A stretch of DNA of 64,000 nt from Candidatus Hydrogenedentota bacterium. Its GTDB lineage: Bacteria > Hydrogenedentota > Hydrogenedentia > Hydrogenedentales > SLHB01. The stretch lies in NCBI GenBank assembly GCA_963674865.2, contig CAXXYE010000001.1, positions 32,001 to 96,000 of the forward strand. Direction: 5' to 3'. The translations under genes were made by a program, and so were the position numbers. Position 1 is the stretch's first letter. Every line of letters starts with the position of its first letter. Shown piece by piece: positions 8,393-18,074 of the stretch. The notes beneath the pieces are model-generated. The model was not told the DNA's origin. It did no database searches and worked only from the letters and a program-made list of their open reading frames with translations.

Positions 8393-9730
8393 ATGATGAA
8401 GCGCCACGCATGGGTTCTGGTTGTCGCGACACTTCTTCTCAGCCTTACCGGCTGTTGGGAGCGGCTGTCCTGGAGTCCCAACGGCCGTTACCTTGCCTTC
8501 ATCGGCCCCGATGATGGCGCCATCTGGCTTTGGGACACGAGAGAGGGCGAGGCATCACCGCTCGAGGGCGATGCTTTGCAGAACGTTTGGCACTGCCAGT
8601 TTTTCAGCAATCGGGGACTTGTCTACTTCCCGCAGCGGGAAGGCGGTAGCGACAAGTGGGACCTTTGGCTGTGCCGGGGACGAGAGCGGAGAACCGAACT
8701 TGTCGCGGTGAACTCAAGTCCTTCGCAGTGCTGCGTTTCGGCGGATGGCAAGTATCTCTATTACATCACCCACGACGAGTCTGGGGGAACTCCGGCGAGG
8801 TACGTGTTGACCGCGCGGGGACTGGGGCCGTTTGGGGGAACAAAGACGGTTTACGAATCTGAAAAGGAGTTTGGTTATCCGAATGTCAGTCGCTCAGGCT
8901 CGCGGATTGTGTTCTGCGGACAGGTTGAAGACAAAGTGGGAATCCACGTTCTGGAGCGGGGGAGCAGCCGCACTTGGTGTGCCGTTCCCGGTGTTTCCGA
9001 CGAAGAGTACTCCTGGCCCATGTGGGTGGCGAGGGATACGATCATCTTCCTTCGGAAAGTGCAGGGCGATGATGACCAGGTCGCGCGGCTGATGATCGGC
9101 GACGTGCAAAAAGGAACGGCCAGGGAGCTCTGTGAGGGGGTGAACATTTGGGATGTGCCGTCGGTCAACGCCGAGCGCACCGAGGCCGCGGTTATGGCCT
9201 TTGTCGGAGGTGCCGAGGAGGATGCTTCCACGGGCGATGCGTACAACTGGCAGGTGGTATCCGTGAATCTCAAGACCGGCGAGAAGCGGATCCTCACGGA
9301 TGAGCCCTTGGGCGCGGGGCTCAGCGCGTACAATCCCAAGGCCAACAAGATCGCGTATATGACGCCGCCGGACTTCGAATGCGACTTTGCCACGTATCGC
9401 ATTTTGGACCTCGACTCGGGCGTCACCATGATGATCCATCGCGGGGCAGAGGAGCAGCTTCTTGCCACGGCGCTTCAATTAGAGGAGGACGGCGACTTCG
9501 AACGCGCCGTCGCCGCCTACGACAGGCTTGTGAAGCAGTATCCGGATTCGCGATTTGCGGAAGCGGCCGGGCTCTATGCCTTCGTATTGCGCCTGCGCTA
9601 CCCGGAGTTGGGATTGGAGCCTGTTCTGAGCGCCTTGCCGCACATGAATCTCGATGAGTTGCGGCCCAGGGAACGCGTCCTTGCACAACGCCTGCTGGAT
9701 GAGGTCGCACAGGATTCTTCCGGGAACTAA
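8393..9730 (+). CDS. Lipoprotein with TolB/WD40-like beta-propeller and C-terminal TPR
   Basis: Start moved to ATG 8393. Lipobox LTGC, repeats WSPNGRYLAF and VSADGKYLYY, and a TPR-like GDFERAVAAYDRLVKQYPDS. Confidence 0.75.
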   Translation: MMKRHAWVLVVATLLLSLTGCWERLSWSPNGRYLAFIGPDDGAIWLWDTREGEASPLEGDALQNVWHCQFFSNRGLVYFPQREGGSDKWDLWLCRGRERRTELVAVNSSPSQCCVSADGKYLYYITHDESGGTPARYVLTARGLGPFGGTKTVYESEKEFGYPNVSRSGSRIVFCGQVEDKVGIHVLERGSSRTWCAVPGVSDEEYSWPMWVARDTIIFLRKVQGDDDQVARLMIGDVQKGTARELCEGVNIWDVPSVNAERTEAAVMAFVGGAEEDASTGDAYNWQVVSVNLKTGEKRILTDEPLGAGLSAYNPKANKIAYMTPPDFECDFATYRILDLDSGVTMMIHRGAEEQLLATALQLEEDGDFERAVAAYDRLVKQYPDSRFAEAAGLYAFVLRLRYPELGLEPVLSALPHMNLDELRPRERVLAQRLLDEVAQDSSGN

Positions 9731-9767
9731 CCGCCCCCTCAAGCACAAGCGGGGGTGGGTGAAGCCG

Positions 9768-10865
9768 TTAGCGGCTCCCTTCGGGGCTGGCGGGGGGCGG
9801 GGGGACTCTGTCCTGGGCGCGGGCGCTTTCGCGGGTCAACTCGATAAGGCCCATCTTCTCCCGCACGAGGCAATAGACCCCCATGGCCGCCAAGGGGATG
9901 AAGTTGAGGAGGTGCAGCATGATGGCCGCGGCCTTTGCCTCGTCGGGGCTCGTCTCTGGACTGAGGATCAGGACGGCCAGGACGATGGGGATGTGAAACT
10001 GCCCGATCAGTCCAGGGGCGCCGGGCACGCTCACGAATACCGCCAACAGGGCCTGCATCACGAAGGGGCCGTACCAGGGGGACTCGATGTCGAATGCGAA
10101 GAACAGGAACAGGGCCGCCACGAGGAACATGGCCCACGTAATGAAGCTGAAAGCCACGGACTTGGCCATGTCCGCGGCCGAGCGGAAGACGTGGAGACCC
10201 GCGGCGAAATGCTCGAGGATCTGACGGATGCGGCGGGCCAAGCCCGTTGACACGAGGCCGACGCATCTGTCGGATGCTCGGAAGACGAACGCCTGGTTGA
10301 CGTAGAGCAGGACCAGCACCGTGAGTACGGCAGCGAGGAACAGCGCCGTGCCTGCGGCCCCCGTGCGGAAGAGGCTGGTTTCAAAGGAAATCGGGGCCGC
10401 CGTGCGGAAGGTCTCGGCGGGGATCTGCACCTTGCCCGTCGCGGGGAGCGCGACGGCGGCGATGACGATGATAGGTATCAGGCTGACCAAGTCCGCCACG
10501 CGGTCGAGGGCGTTAAGGGCGAGGCACTGGGAAAAGGGGATCTTTGCGAGCCGGGCCAGCACCAGCGGCCGGACGGCCTCGCCAATTCGGGCCGGCAGCG
10601 TGAAATTCGCCAGGAAGCCGATCTGGGTGGCGCTGAACATGTGGCGAAAACTGACGGGTTTGGCCGCGCGGACGATGTAGCTCCACCGCTGGATGCGCGT
10701 GATGAAGCTGAGAATGATGGGGATTTCCATGAGCAGCAGCCAGCCAAGGTGGGCCTGGCGCACGGCGCCGTATACGCGGTCCCAATCGGTGCCGCGAAAC
10801 AAGAGCCAGACGAGGAGTGCCCCAATGGCGAAACTGGCAATAGTCCAAATTAATCGCTTCATCAT
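9768..10865 (-). CDS. Lysylphosphatidylglycerol synthase TM-domain / flippase-like membrane protein (UPF0104)
   Basis: Multiple TM helices, with RIQRW, IGFLANFTLPARIGEAVR and PGAPGLIGQF. Confidence 0.85.
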   Translation of the reverse strand: MMKRLIWTIASFAIGALLVWLLFRGTDWDRVYGAVRQAHLGWLLLMEIPIILSFITRIQRWSYIVRAAKPVSFRHMFSATQIGFLANFTLPARIGEAVRPLVLARLAKIPFSQCLALNALDRVADLVSLIPIIVIAAVALPATGKVQIPAETFRTAAPISFETSLFRTGAAGTALFLAAVLTVLVLLYVNQAFVFRASDRCVGLVSTGLARRIRQILEHFAAGLHVFRSAADMAKSVAFSFITWAMFLVAALFLFFAFDIESPWYGPFVMQALLAVFVSVPGAPGLIGQFHIPIVLAVLILSPETSPDEAKAAAIMLHLLNFIPLAAMGVYCLVREKMGLIELTRESARAQDRVPPPPASPEGSR

Positions 10866-10890
10866 TCCCCACAGCGTTTCAAAGGGCGGG

Positions 10891-10899
10891 ATTATAGCA
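10891..10899 (-). promoter_or_regulatory. Extended -10 promoter element of the UPF0104 gene
   Basis: Minus strand reads TGCTATAAT, about 25 bp upstream of the start codon. Confidence 0.5.
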
Positions 10900-10940
10900 C
10901 AGGCCGGATTTCGGCCATGCGGGCGTCGACTACCTCATGG

Positions 10941-11432
10941 TTAGCCCGAGTACCGGCCCTTAGGTGTAGGACTGAGGCGGCGGGTGTTCTCGAGTCGCCG
11001 CTTCTCTTCCATTGCCGATACCACCCCCGACGCCCGCTGCGGGACCTTTGGTGTGTACGCGGCCGGCTTTGCCTTACGCTCGAGCGCCTCGACGGCCCGG
11101 CTGAACTCCTTATGGAGTTCGAGGCGGCAGTCAAGGCAGAACTCCGCGCCCATCTGCGCCATGCGGCGGTGGCAGCGTGAGCAGATGGCCCGTGTATCGA
11201 CGACACGGCGCAGACTGGGGAAGTCTTCGATGATATTGCGTATCTCATCCGGCGTGAGGCCCGTATGGGCGGCGATGTCATCAATCGTCACCGCGTCCCC
11301 GAACTCGATGGATTCATGTACACGATCTACGTGGGCCATGTACTCATCGACGCAAGCGACGCACCGGGTCTTCCCAGGCTCATAGGGAAATAACCTGCCG
11401 CATCCGGCGCAAGCTACAATCTCACTCGCCAC
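10941..11432 (-). CDS. YvyF-like double zinc-ribbon/HTH protein
   Basis: CAGCGRLF...CVAC, central TIDDIAAHTGL helix-turn-helix, second CSRC...CLDC. Overlaps the end of coaE. Confidence 0.6.
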   Translation of the reverse strand: MASEIVACAGCGRLFPYEPGKTRCVACVDEYMAHVDRVHESIEFGDAVTIDDIAAHTGLTPDEIRNIIEDFPSLRRVVDTRAICSRCHRRMAQMGAEFCLDCRLELHKEFSRAVEALERKAKPAAYTPKVPQRASGVVSAMEEKRRLENTRRLSPTPKGRYSG

Positions 11433-12024
11433 CTTTGCTCAACTCCTTCGCTAATGCGTCCGCACGGGCGTGCAATTCCTGCAGAGTACCCTTGTTCTCG
11501 ATCACATAGTCCGCCAGCGGGACCTTCTTCTCCGGAGGCGTCTGGGCGTCAATTCGTCGGTTCGCTTCCTCTTCCGTCAGGCCACGCTGAACCATGAGCC
11601 TGCGTAGCCGGATGTCCCGTGCGCACGCTACTACGATCAGGCCGTCCAGGCACAACTCCCTCTGGCCGTCCTCAGCGATCAACGCCGCGTCCACGACCGC
11701 GAGGCCATGTCCCTCATCGGCCAAGGCCGCACACCGGGCGTGGATCTCACTTCGGATGGCCGGATGCACAATGGCGTTCAACCGGTTGCGGGCATCTGCA
11801 TCCGTGAACACGATCCTCCCCAGTTTCTCTCGATCAATTCTACCACACGAGAGAATCCTGTCCCCGAAGGCGTTGCGAACCGCGTCGACGGCAGCCCCCC
11901 CCGGCGCGATAAGCGCATGGCCGATTCTGTCGGCGTCGACCACGGGAATCCCGGTAGCGAGAAAACGTTCGGCTACCTCTGTCTTCCCGCTCCCCGTTCC
12001 GCCAGTTAGGCCGTAGATGCGCAT
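11422..12024 (-). CDS. coaE: Dephospho-CoA kinase
   Basis: GLTGGTGSGKT P-loop, VVDAD, IDREKLG, LNAIVHP, ADYVIEN. Confidence 0.95.
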   Translation of the reverse strand: MRIYGLTGGTGSGKTEVAERFLATGIPVVDADRIGHALIAPGGAAVDAVRNAFGDRILSCGRIDREKLGRIVFTDADARNRLNAIVHPAIRSEIHARCAALADEGHGLAVVDAALIAEDGQRELCLDGLIVVACARDIRLRRLMVQRGLTEEEANRRIDAQTPPEKKVPLADYVIENKGTLQELHARADALAKELSKGGE

Positions 12025-12219
12025 GTATCCACCTCCTATAGCCCTCCCAGAACTGATTCTGCGTCTGTGTGCTCTCGCACCTCACGGCCGCTGCGCGAGC
12101 GTAGCATGCACCATTCCAGAGGCACAACTTGCAGCCCACAGGCGGGTTGACATCGCGGCGTATCGGTGAGAAGAATAAGAGCGAGAACGTTGAGGCGCAA
12201 TGCAGGCTGGCAAGACGAT

Positions 12220-13017
12220 ATGAATCCCTTGGACGAATCGCGGCCGCTTACCATCGGTGTGGTGCCCGATCTCTATACGCGCCCTCTATGGGTGAGTCTC
12301 AAAGAGACGCTGAATGTCGCCGTCGAGCCGGGGCCCGCCGCCGACCTCGCCGAGCGATTGCGGGGCGGCCAGCTCGACGGCGCGCTATTGCCGGTGCTTG
12401 ACTGCGCGCGAATGCCCCTGGCACGCGCTATTCCCGGCCTTGGAGTCTGCACGGATGGCCCTTCGTCGGGCGATGCCTTGTTTGCGAAAGTGAATCCTGA
12501 CTCTCTGCGCCGCGTGGCCGTTTCGCCGCACGACTCCGGGCGAGTGGCCCTTGCCCAGGTATTGCTCGCGGAGCGCTTCGGCCTGACGCCGGAGTACATC
12601 CCCGTGCCATCGGCGCAATACGGCCGCGATGATGCCGATGGAGTCATCTGCTCCGGCGATGTCCTGTTGGGCGAGGTAAATCTCTATCCCCATCGCTTCG
12701 ATCTTGGTGCATGGTGGCAGGAACTCACGGGATTGCCCTTCGTTCACTTCTTGTGGATTGGGACGGTGCTCGCGCCGCTGGCACGCCTAAGGCGTGTCCT
12801 TGCCCTTGCCTTGCGAGCGAGCCAAGGGAACCGAGCTGCCCTCGTGACTTCAGCCGCTGCCGAATACGAAATGAGCCCTGAGGCCGTCGAGGAATACCTC
12901 TCGAAGGCGGCATACCACTCGGTAGGTTCAGCGGAAATGGACGGCCTGAGAGTCTTCCTCGAGTTGGCCCGGAAGCACCGCCTTTGCGCCGCCGAAGCGA
13001 ACATCGCGTTCTGCTGA
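12220..13017 (+). CDS. MqnA/MqnD-family (chorismate dehydratase-like) protein with divergent active site
   Basis: Scaffold motifs LRGGQLDGAL, IPGLGVCTDGP and DLGAWWQELTGLPFV are present, but YLN and SxTS are replaced. The start at ATG 12220 is uncertain. Confidence 0.7.
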   Translation: MNPLDESRPLTIGVVPDLYTRPLWVSLKETLNVAVEPGPAADLAERLRGGQLDGALLPVLDCARMPLARAIPGLGVCTDGPSSGDALFAKVNPDSLRRVAVSPHDSGRVALAQVLLAERFGLTPEYIPVPSAQYGRDDADGVICSGDVLLGEVNLYPHRFDLGAWWQELTGLPFVHFLWIGTVLAPLARLRRVLALALRASQGNRAALVTSAAAEYEMSPEAVEEYLSKAAYHSVGSAEMDGLRVFLELARKHRLCAAEANIAFC

Positions 13018-13055
13018 CGGTGACATTGCGGGGCTGTCTGCGAGGTCGACGTACG

Positions 13056-15674
13056 CTACGCCTGAGTCGACGCTTCGCGGAGCGTGACGGCGAGGCGTCC
13101 ACGCACGATGATCGGCTTCTGCGGGCGGATTTGGACTAGGCGTTCGGGACCCGCCTGTGCCATGGTACACGCTACACGCTCCTCGCCGTTTTCGGTGACG
13201 CACGACGCGGCCACTTTCTGCACGTGCTCAGGCACCCGTAGTATCAAGACCTTGATGAGAATGGGGCTATCGAGGGAGACCTGCACCTCTTGCCGGTAGG
13301 GGCCCTCGGCGGTTTCGACAAAGCGGAGCCAGCCCTGGCAGACGGGGGTGAAGAGCGGCACGTTCAGCGAGAAGACCCCACGCGGCAAGTGAGGCCTTAT
13401 CCACAGAATCTGATCGGGAACATTCAATTGGAATCCCGCTAGCGCGTATAGGAGATGCCATACCGAGAGCGAACTCGTGTGCCTTTCCAGGAAGTCGCTT
13501 TCTTCGCCTTCCGGCGCCGTATCCCACCACAGGGGCTGATTGAACGACCTGCCCCGGGCAACATGGATGTGCTCGTACATTTTCTGGATGGCGCGGAGTC
13601 CGCGGTCGGCCTGGCCATGGGCGATCTGAAGGCAGGCGTAATGGGCTAAGGCCAAGCCGTGCCAGCATTTCTCGACGTTGGGCTTCTCGGCGATGGAAGG
13701 CGGGTTCACGCACGCCGACCCGTCCGGCATATAAGCCTCGGAGACGCCCCACGGCTTCTCGTTCGACCAGAAGAGGGCGTCAAGCGCCGCCTTCACCTGC
13801 TCCTCGGGGAACAGCTCGCCCAACATGAGGAAGTCCGCGTACCACTGTCCCGCGAGTTGCCCACTGTGGCAGCCTTCGTGCAGGACCTCGTGATCGGCGC
13901 CCGCAGCCTTCTCATCATGGTACACGCGATAGAATTTCCCCGGCGCATTCCACAAGTGTTTGTCAAAGCTCTTCAACGCTTTCTGAAGGATGCGGCTGTA
14001 CTTCTCCGCCTCCTCGACGCGGTTGAGCCGGGCAGCCAGGCGAATGTACGCCCGCAGCGCCGCGATCCACAAACTTGAGGAATAGCTGTTCGCGCCGTAC
14101 AAGGCCCACCGATCAAACGTGCTGCTGCAGCCATCGTGCTCGGGCAGGCCGTCGCCGTCACGATCTTTGCCGGCCATGTATTCCATGGCCTTCCGAGCCT
14201 TGGGAAGGACTTGATCCAACGCGTGCCGGAAGCCCGTCATCTGGTAATTCCGGTAGGCCATGAGAACGAACTTCGGGCAGAGGTCCACGAGGTCGGCGCC
14301 CGTGTCGCCACGGGACGGCCGGTGGAAGCACAAGCGCCCCAGCGTGCGGTAGACACGCCCGGGATGCTCGGGATCTTCCGCGTTTGCGAACGCCGCGAGC
14401 GCTCGCGTTTCGAGTTGTGGATACAGCAAGAGCAGGCCGATAGAACTGTAGAATCGCCTATCCAACATGCCCATACCGGGGGAGGCCGGAGAGTCGAACA
14501 TAGCGAACTTGCCGTCTCTCGTCAGCACGCCATTAGTGGACAGTACGCAGTTGTTGTTGATCAGCATGCGGCTGACCCATCGCGGCAATGAGGAGCGGAG
14601 CAGGCGCGTCTGCCACGCTGCAATGGCACGGAAGAAGTAGAGGTGGTTCTTGAGCGTGTGCTGGGCCACTTCGACCGCGCTGCGGAACGTGTTGGTGTAT
14701 CCATTGCCCATGTCGACGCCTTCCACCTCGAAGCGGGGGCAGTACCAGGCAAGGACGTACACGACGCGGCGCTTCTGTTTGGGCGCAAGCTCGAAGCCTT
14801 GGCAGACGGCGCCGCTGCGGGCCGCCGGCTCGTCCGTGAGCCGGCCGTCCAGGCGCCCCTCATCATGGAAACTCGTCCAGAACGCCTCGATCTGAGCCGG
14901 ATCGCGCTCATTCCAGTTGGCTACGGACATTTGGACGCCCGGCTGGAGTTGGCCCATGAGGCAATAATGCCCGTGGGCATTGGTTAGAGGCTTCTCTTTC
15001 GATCCGAACTCGAGTCCCAAGCAGCGCGGGCCATCCGGCTTCGGTTCCCACTCATCGTTGAAGGCGTCTTCCGCGCTCATTTCCGGGCGCCCCGCTTCCT
15101 TGGGCTCCGGTGCGTTGCGGATGGCCTGGATGATGCCGCGCTTCTCCGGGGAGGAGTCGCGTGTGCAGCCGTTGATGTTCTCCCAGTTGAAGAGGGTGGC
15201 AATCTCGAGCGTTCTGTCCGTCGTGTTGTGGACATCAAACGCGAGCAGCATAACGGGAAGCGTGGAAGCCTCGAGATCGTAAGGGACAATGGGGGCTGCG
15301 GCGACCCACTTTACCTCCGCGGGGCACTTCGGATCATTGAGCCGATACTCCGCGCAGGGATAGAGACCTCTCCATGACAGATGCTCCTTGGCCGCGTGGG
15401 AGGCGAGCATGCCGGCTTCTTGAAAGGCGGGAGGCGAACCGACCTGTAGGAGCCGGGCGTACACCCGGCCGCGCTCCGCGACACGGAGGCCGAGGAAGGC
15501 CCCTTCCAACAGGGGGAGCCGCTCCTCGCTGGTGCGGTTATTGTTGATGGTGACGTTGCGGAAGCGCCCGTCCGAGCCCATCTCGATGCATCCGGTGCCG
15601 ATGCCGCCCACGGGAACTCCCGCCGGGTGAAGGCGGTCTTGGGGCGTTTCTCGTGTCGTTCTACGCTTGCTCAC
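13056..15674 (-). CDS. GH116 (non-lysosomal glucosylceramidase/beta-glucosidase)-like protein
   Basis: GVPVGGIGTGCI N-terminus, LYP, PIVPYDLEASTLP, DRDGDGLPE, TFDRW, GQLAGQWY. Confidence 0.85.
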   Translation of the reverse strand: MSKRRTTRETPQDRLHPAGVPVGGIGTGCIEMGSDGRFRNVTINNNRTSEERLPLLEGAFLGLRVAERGRVYARLLQVGSPPAFQEAGMLASHAAKEHLSWRGLYPCAEYRLNDPKCPAEVKWVAAAPIVPYDLEASTLPVMLLAFDVHNTTDRTLEIATLFNWENINGCTRDSSPEKRGIIQAIRNAPEPKEAGRPEMSAEDAFNDEWEPKPDGPRCLGLEFGSKEKPLTNAHGHYCLMGQLQPGVQMSVANWNERDPAQIEAFWTSFHDEGRLDGRLTDEPAARSGAVCQGFELAPKQKRRVVYVLAWYCPRFEVEGVDMGNGYTNTFRSAVEVAQHTLKNHLYFFRAIAAWQTRLLRSSLPRWVSRMLINNNCVLSTNGVLTRDGKFAMFDSPASPGMGMLDRRFYSSIGLLLLYPQLETRALAAFANAEDPEHPGRVYRTLGRLCFHRPSRGDTGADLVDLCPKFVLMAYRNYQMTGFRHALDQVLPKARKAMEYMAGKDRDGDGLPEHDGCSSTFDRWALYGANSYSSSLWIAALRAYIRLAARLNRVEEAEKYSRILQKALKSFDKHLWNAPGKFYRVYHDEKAAGADHEVLHEGCHSGQLAGQWYADFLMLGELFPEEQVKAALDALFWSNEKPWGVSEAYMPDGSACVNPPSIAEKPNVEKCWHGLALAHYACLQIAHGQADRGLRAIQKMYEHIHVARGRSFNQPLWWDTAPEGEESDFLERHTSSLSVWHLLYALAGFQLNVPDQILWIRPHLPRGVFSLNVPLFTPVCQGWLRFVETAEGPYRQEVQVSLDSPILIKVLILRVPEHVQKVAASCVTENGEERVACTMAQAGPERLVQIRPQKPIIVRGRLAVTLREASTQA

Positions 15675-15727
15675 TGCATTGCCTGAAGGGTACGCTCCCT
15701 GACGGTGTGTCCGGAATGCGCCGGTGC

Positions 15728-16189
15728 TTACTCGAGTTCCTTGAGCATCACGACGGCGTCCTCGTTTGTCTTGGCATAATAACGCTTTCGGATGCCGATG
15801 GTGCGGAAGGACATGCTGTCATAGAGGTTTCGGGCGCGCAAGTTCGATTCTCTGACCTCCAACGTGGCCACCTTTGCGCCCAATGAGACTGCCTGCTCCA
15901 AGAGGTAGTCGACGAGCCTTCTGCCGTAGCCATGACCTCGGAAGGAGTCGCGCACGGTTACGCTCGTGAGATGGGCCTCATCCAGGACCAGCCAGAATCC
16001 ACCGTAGGCGGCCAGTGCGGGGCCAACGAAGGCCACGTAGAAATAGGAATGCAGGCCCTCGATCTCCTGAAGAAACATAGTACGTGTCCAGGGATCGGGA
16101 TACGCTTCCGCCTCAATCTTCATTGCATCGTTCAGATGAGCCGTGCTCAGTCTGGTGAACTCGAGGTCCGCCCGCTCCTCACTGCTCAT
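15728..16189 (-). CDS. rimI: Ribosomal-protein-alanine N-acetyltransferase
   Basis: RGHGYG acetyl-CoA motif, LEVRESN, RKRYY, EDAVVM. Follows tsaB, as is typical. Confidence 0.92.
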   Translation of the reverse strand: MSSEERADLEFTRLSTAHLNDAMKIEAEAYPDPWTRTMFLQEIEGLHSYFYVAFVGPALAAYGGFWLVLDEAHLTSVTVRDSFRGHGYGRRLVDYLLEQAVSLGAKVATLEVRESNLRARNLYDSMSFRTIGIRKRYYAKTNEDAVVMLKELE

Positions 16190-16883
16190 GGCGGCCCTCA
16201 GGCGTGCCCTTGTCCGCCTCTTCAGGCTGCGACTTGCGCAGATATACGGGAGCCGCGGCCGCAGGATCCGTACTCACGCCTTGCTCTAACAGGCTGGCGC
16301 CCTCGGCGGCCACGGCCCACGCACGCGGCGCCGGTACCGCGGACGTGAGGAAGTCCGCCGGGCGCCGCAAAGCAAGAATGCGTTCTCGGTAGCGCTCTGC
16401 TCCAGGGCCGAACACGCCAACACGGCCCTCAAGGCCGACAAAGAGTTCTTCTACCGGGCAGGCGCGGTCTTCGGTGAGCTTCATCCGTCCGTCCGGGCCA
16501 AAACGATAGGCTGCTCCGAAGACTTCACCCATCCTTGCGTCGAGGAGCGGAAGCACCGCTCCTCTATATAAGCCTGCCAGGCGGGCCATGGCATCGAGCG
16601 TCGGCACGGCGACCAGAGGCAAGTTCTTGCCGAAAGCCAGTCCTTTCCAGGTGGCCACGCCCACTCGTAATCCCGTGAACGATCCAGGCCCCGCCGAAAT
16701 GGCCAAGGCGTCGATATCGTCGAACGTGAGATGGGCCTCTGCGAGTGCCCAGTCCACCGTGTCCAATAGGCGTTCCGCGTGTCCTCGTCCGCAGTCAACA
16801 AACGTTTCGGCGAGGATTCGGCCGCTATCGCATACGGCGACGGTGTTGATAGAAGTGCTTGTATCGCCCGCGAGGATCTTCAT
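16179..16883 (-). CDS. tsaB: tRNA threonylcarbamoyladenosine biosynthesis protein TsaB
   Basis: MKILAGDTST start (ATG 16883), GPGSFTGLRVG, DARMGEVF, PVYLR. Confidence 0.95.
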   Translation of the reverse strand: MKILAGDTSTSINTVAVCDSGRILAETFVDCGRGHAERLLDTVDWALAEAHLTFDDIDALAISAGPGSFTGLRVGVATWKGLAFGKNLPLVAVPTLDAMARLAGLYRGAVLPLLDARMGEVFGAAYRFGPDGRMKLTEDRACPVEELFVGLEGRVGVFGPGAERYRERILALRRPADFLTSAVPAPRAWAVAAEGASLLEQGVSTDPAAAAPVYLRKSQPEEADKGTPEGRHEQ

Positions 16884-17191
16884 GAGGTAGGCTGCTGACA
16901 ACTACCTTTGAGCCATTCGGACTGAGGATCGCAATCCGCTGCTGGCAAGAAGATTACCAACGCGGATATGAGTGAGAAAACTCCCGCTCCGGAATTGAGC
17001 CGCTCCTGGCATATCCGTCTGCTTATACCTGTCGAAGGCCTTCTCGAAAGACGCATGACGTTGTATGTGAGCCCTCCGCCACCCTTGTCCGGCGGGTGGG
17101 ACACAATACGCGTGTCCCGATACAACGCGCACCACATCCCAGTAGCTCCAAGGCCCGTCACGTGGCTTTTCTCGAACGTGCCTGAACGGAT

Positions 17192-17566
17192 CTAACTGAT
17201 TGTGTTGCCCGCTGAACCGCCGAAAGCCGGGGGCGGCCCCTGAGGAATTGGCGCGGACTCAGGTTCTGTCTCGACGGGCCCCGGCGTGCTGCTAACCAGT
17301 TCCTTCATCTTCTTCCCGGGGCGAAATGTTACGACCTTTCGCTCCGGCACGGGAACCTGGTCGCCGGTGCGTGGATTGCGCCCGATGCGCGAGGCGCGCG
17401 TCTTGACTTCGAATACCCCGAAGTCCCTCAGTTCCCAACGTTTACCGTCCGCCAACGTTTGCGAGATGGTGTCGAAGGTCGCCTCTACGATTCGCGCGAC
17501 ATCGCTCTGAGTGATGCCAAGCTTGCTGGCCACTCGAACTACGAGATCCCGTTTGGTCATCGTCAC
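17192..17566 (-). CDS. HU/IHF family DNA-binding protein with Pro-rich tail
   Basis: MTKRDLV, ELRDFGVFEV, GRNPRTG, FRPGK, with SD AAGGAGG. Confidence 0.93.
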   Translation of the reverse strand: MTMTKRDLVVRVASKLGITQSDVARIVEATFDTISQTLADGKRWELRDFGVFEVKTRASRIGRNPRTGDQVPVPERKVVTFRPGKKMKELVSSTPGPVETEPESAPIPQGPPPAFGGSAGNTIS

Positions 17567-17653
17567 TGAATCAGGCCCTCCTTGCTTGCTATGGCACCGC
17601 GGCGCTGTGGGGCGCCGCGCACCGCAAAACGTAGTATGAGAACATCGGACAGT

Positions 17654-17682
17654 ATTATACGAATTGTTTTCAATCCTTGCAA
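17654..17682 (-). promoter_or_regulatory. Sigma70-type promoter of the HU/IHF gene
   Basis: TTGCAA (17682-17677), 17 bp, TATAAT (17659-17654). Confidence 0.65.
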
Positions 17683-18074
17683 GTCATTCCTATCTCGTGT
17701 CTTAACGGGTTTTCGGCGTTTCCTGGGGTGTTGCCGGGCATTCGCCAGGGCAAAGCAGCCATTCGGCCGCTCGTGTATGCGAGGAACGGTTTGTGGAACG
17801 AGTGAGTTCTCAGGACACATGCGCCGAATGTTCGGGAGAGTGTTCTGAAGACGGGAAAGCCTCGGCGGACGTAGGGAAGGACTCACGCCGAGAAGCGGGC
17901 AATCCTCTGTTCCCTGCGCCTTAAGCGGAAGCAGCCCACCGGCTTCGCCCTGGTGAGAGCTTTGAAAGAAGTCGCCGAAATCCTCTATACTTCGTTCGGC
18001 CAGAGAGTTTGGTGTTTCAGCGATGGGCGTGTGCATAGGGCAGACAAAAGCGCGTCCTTTTTGAGGTAAGCATC

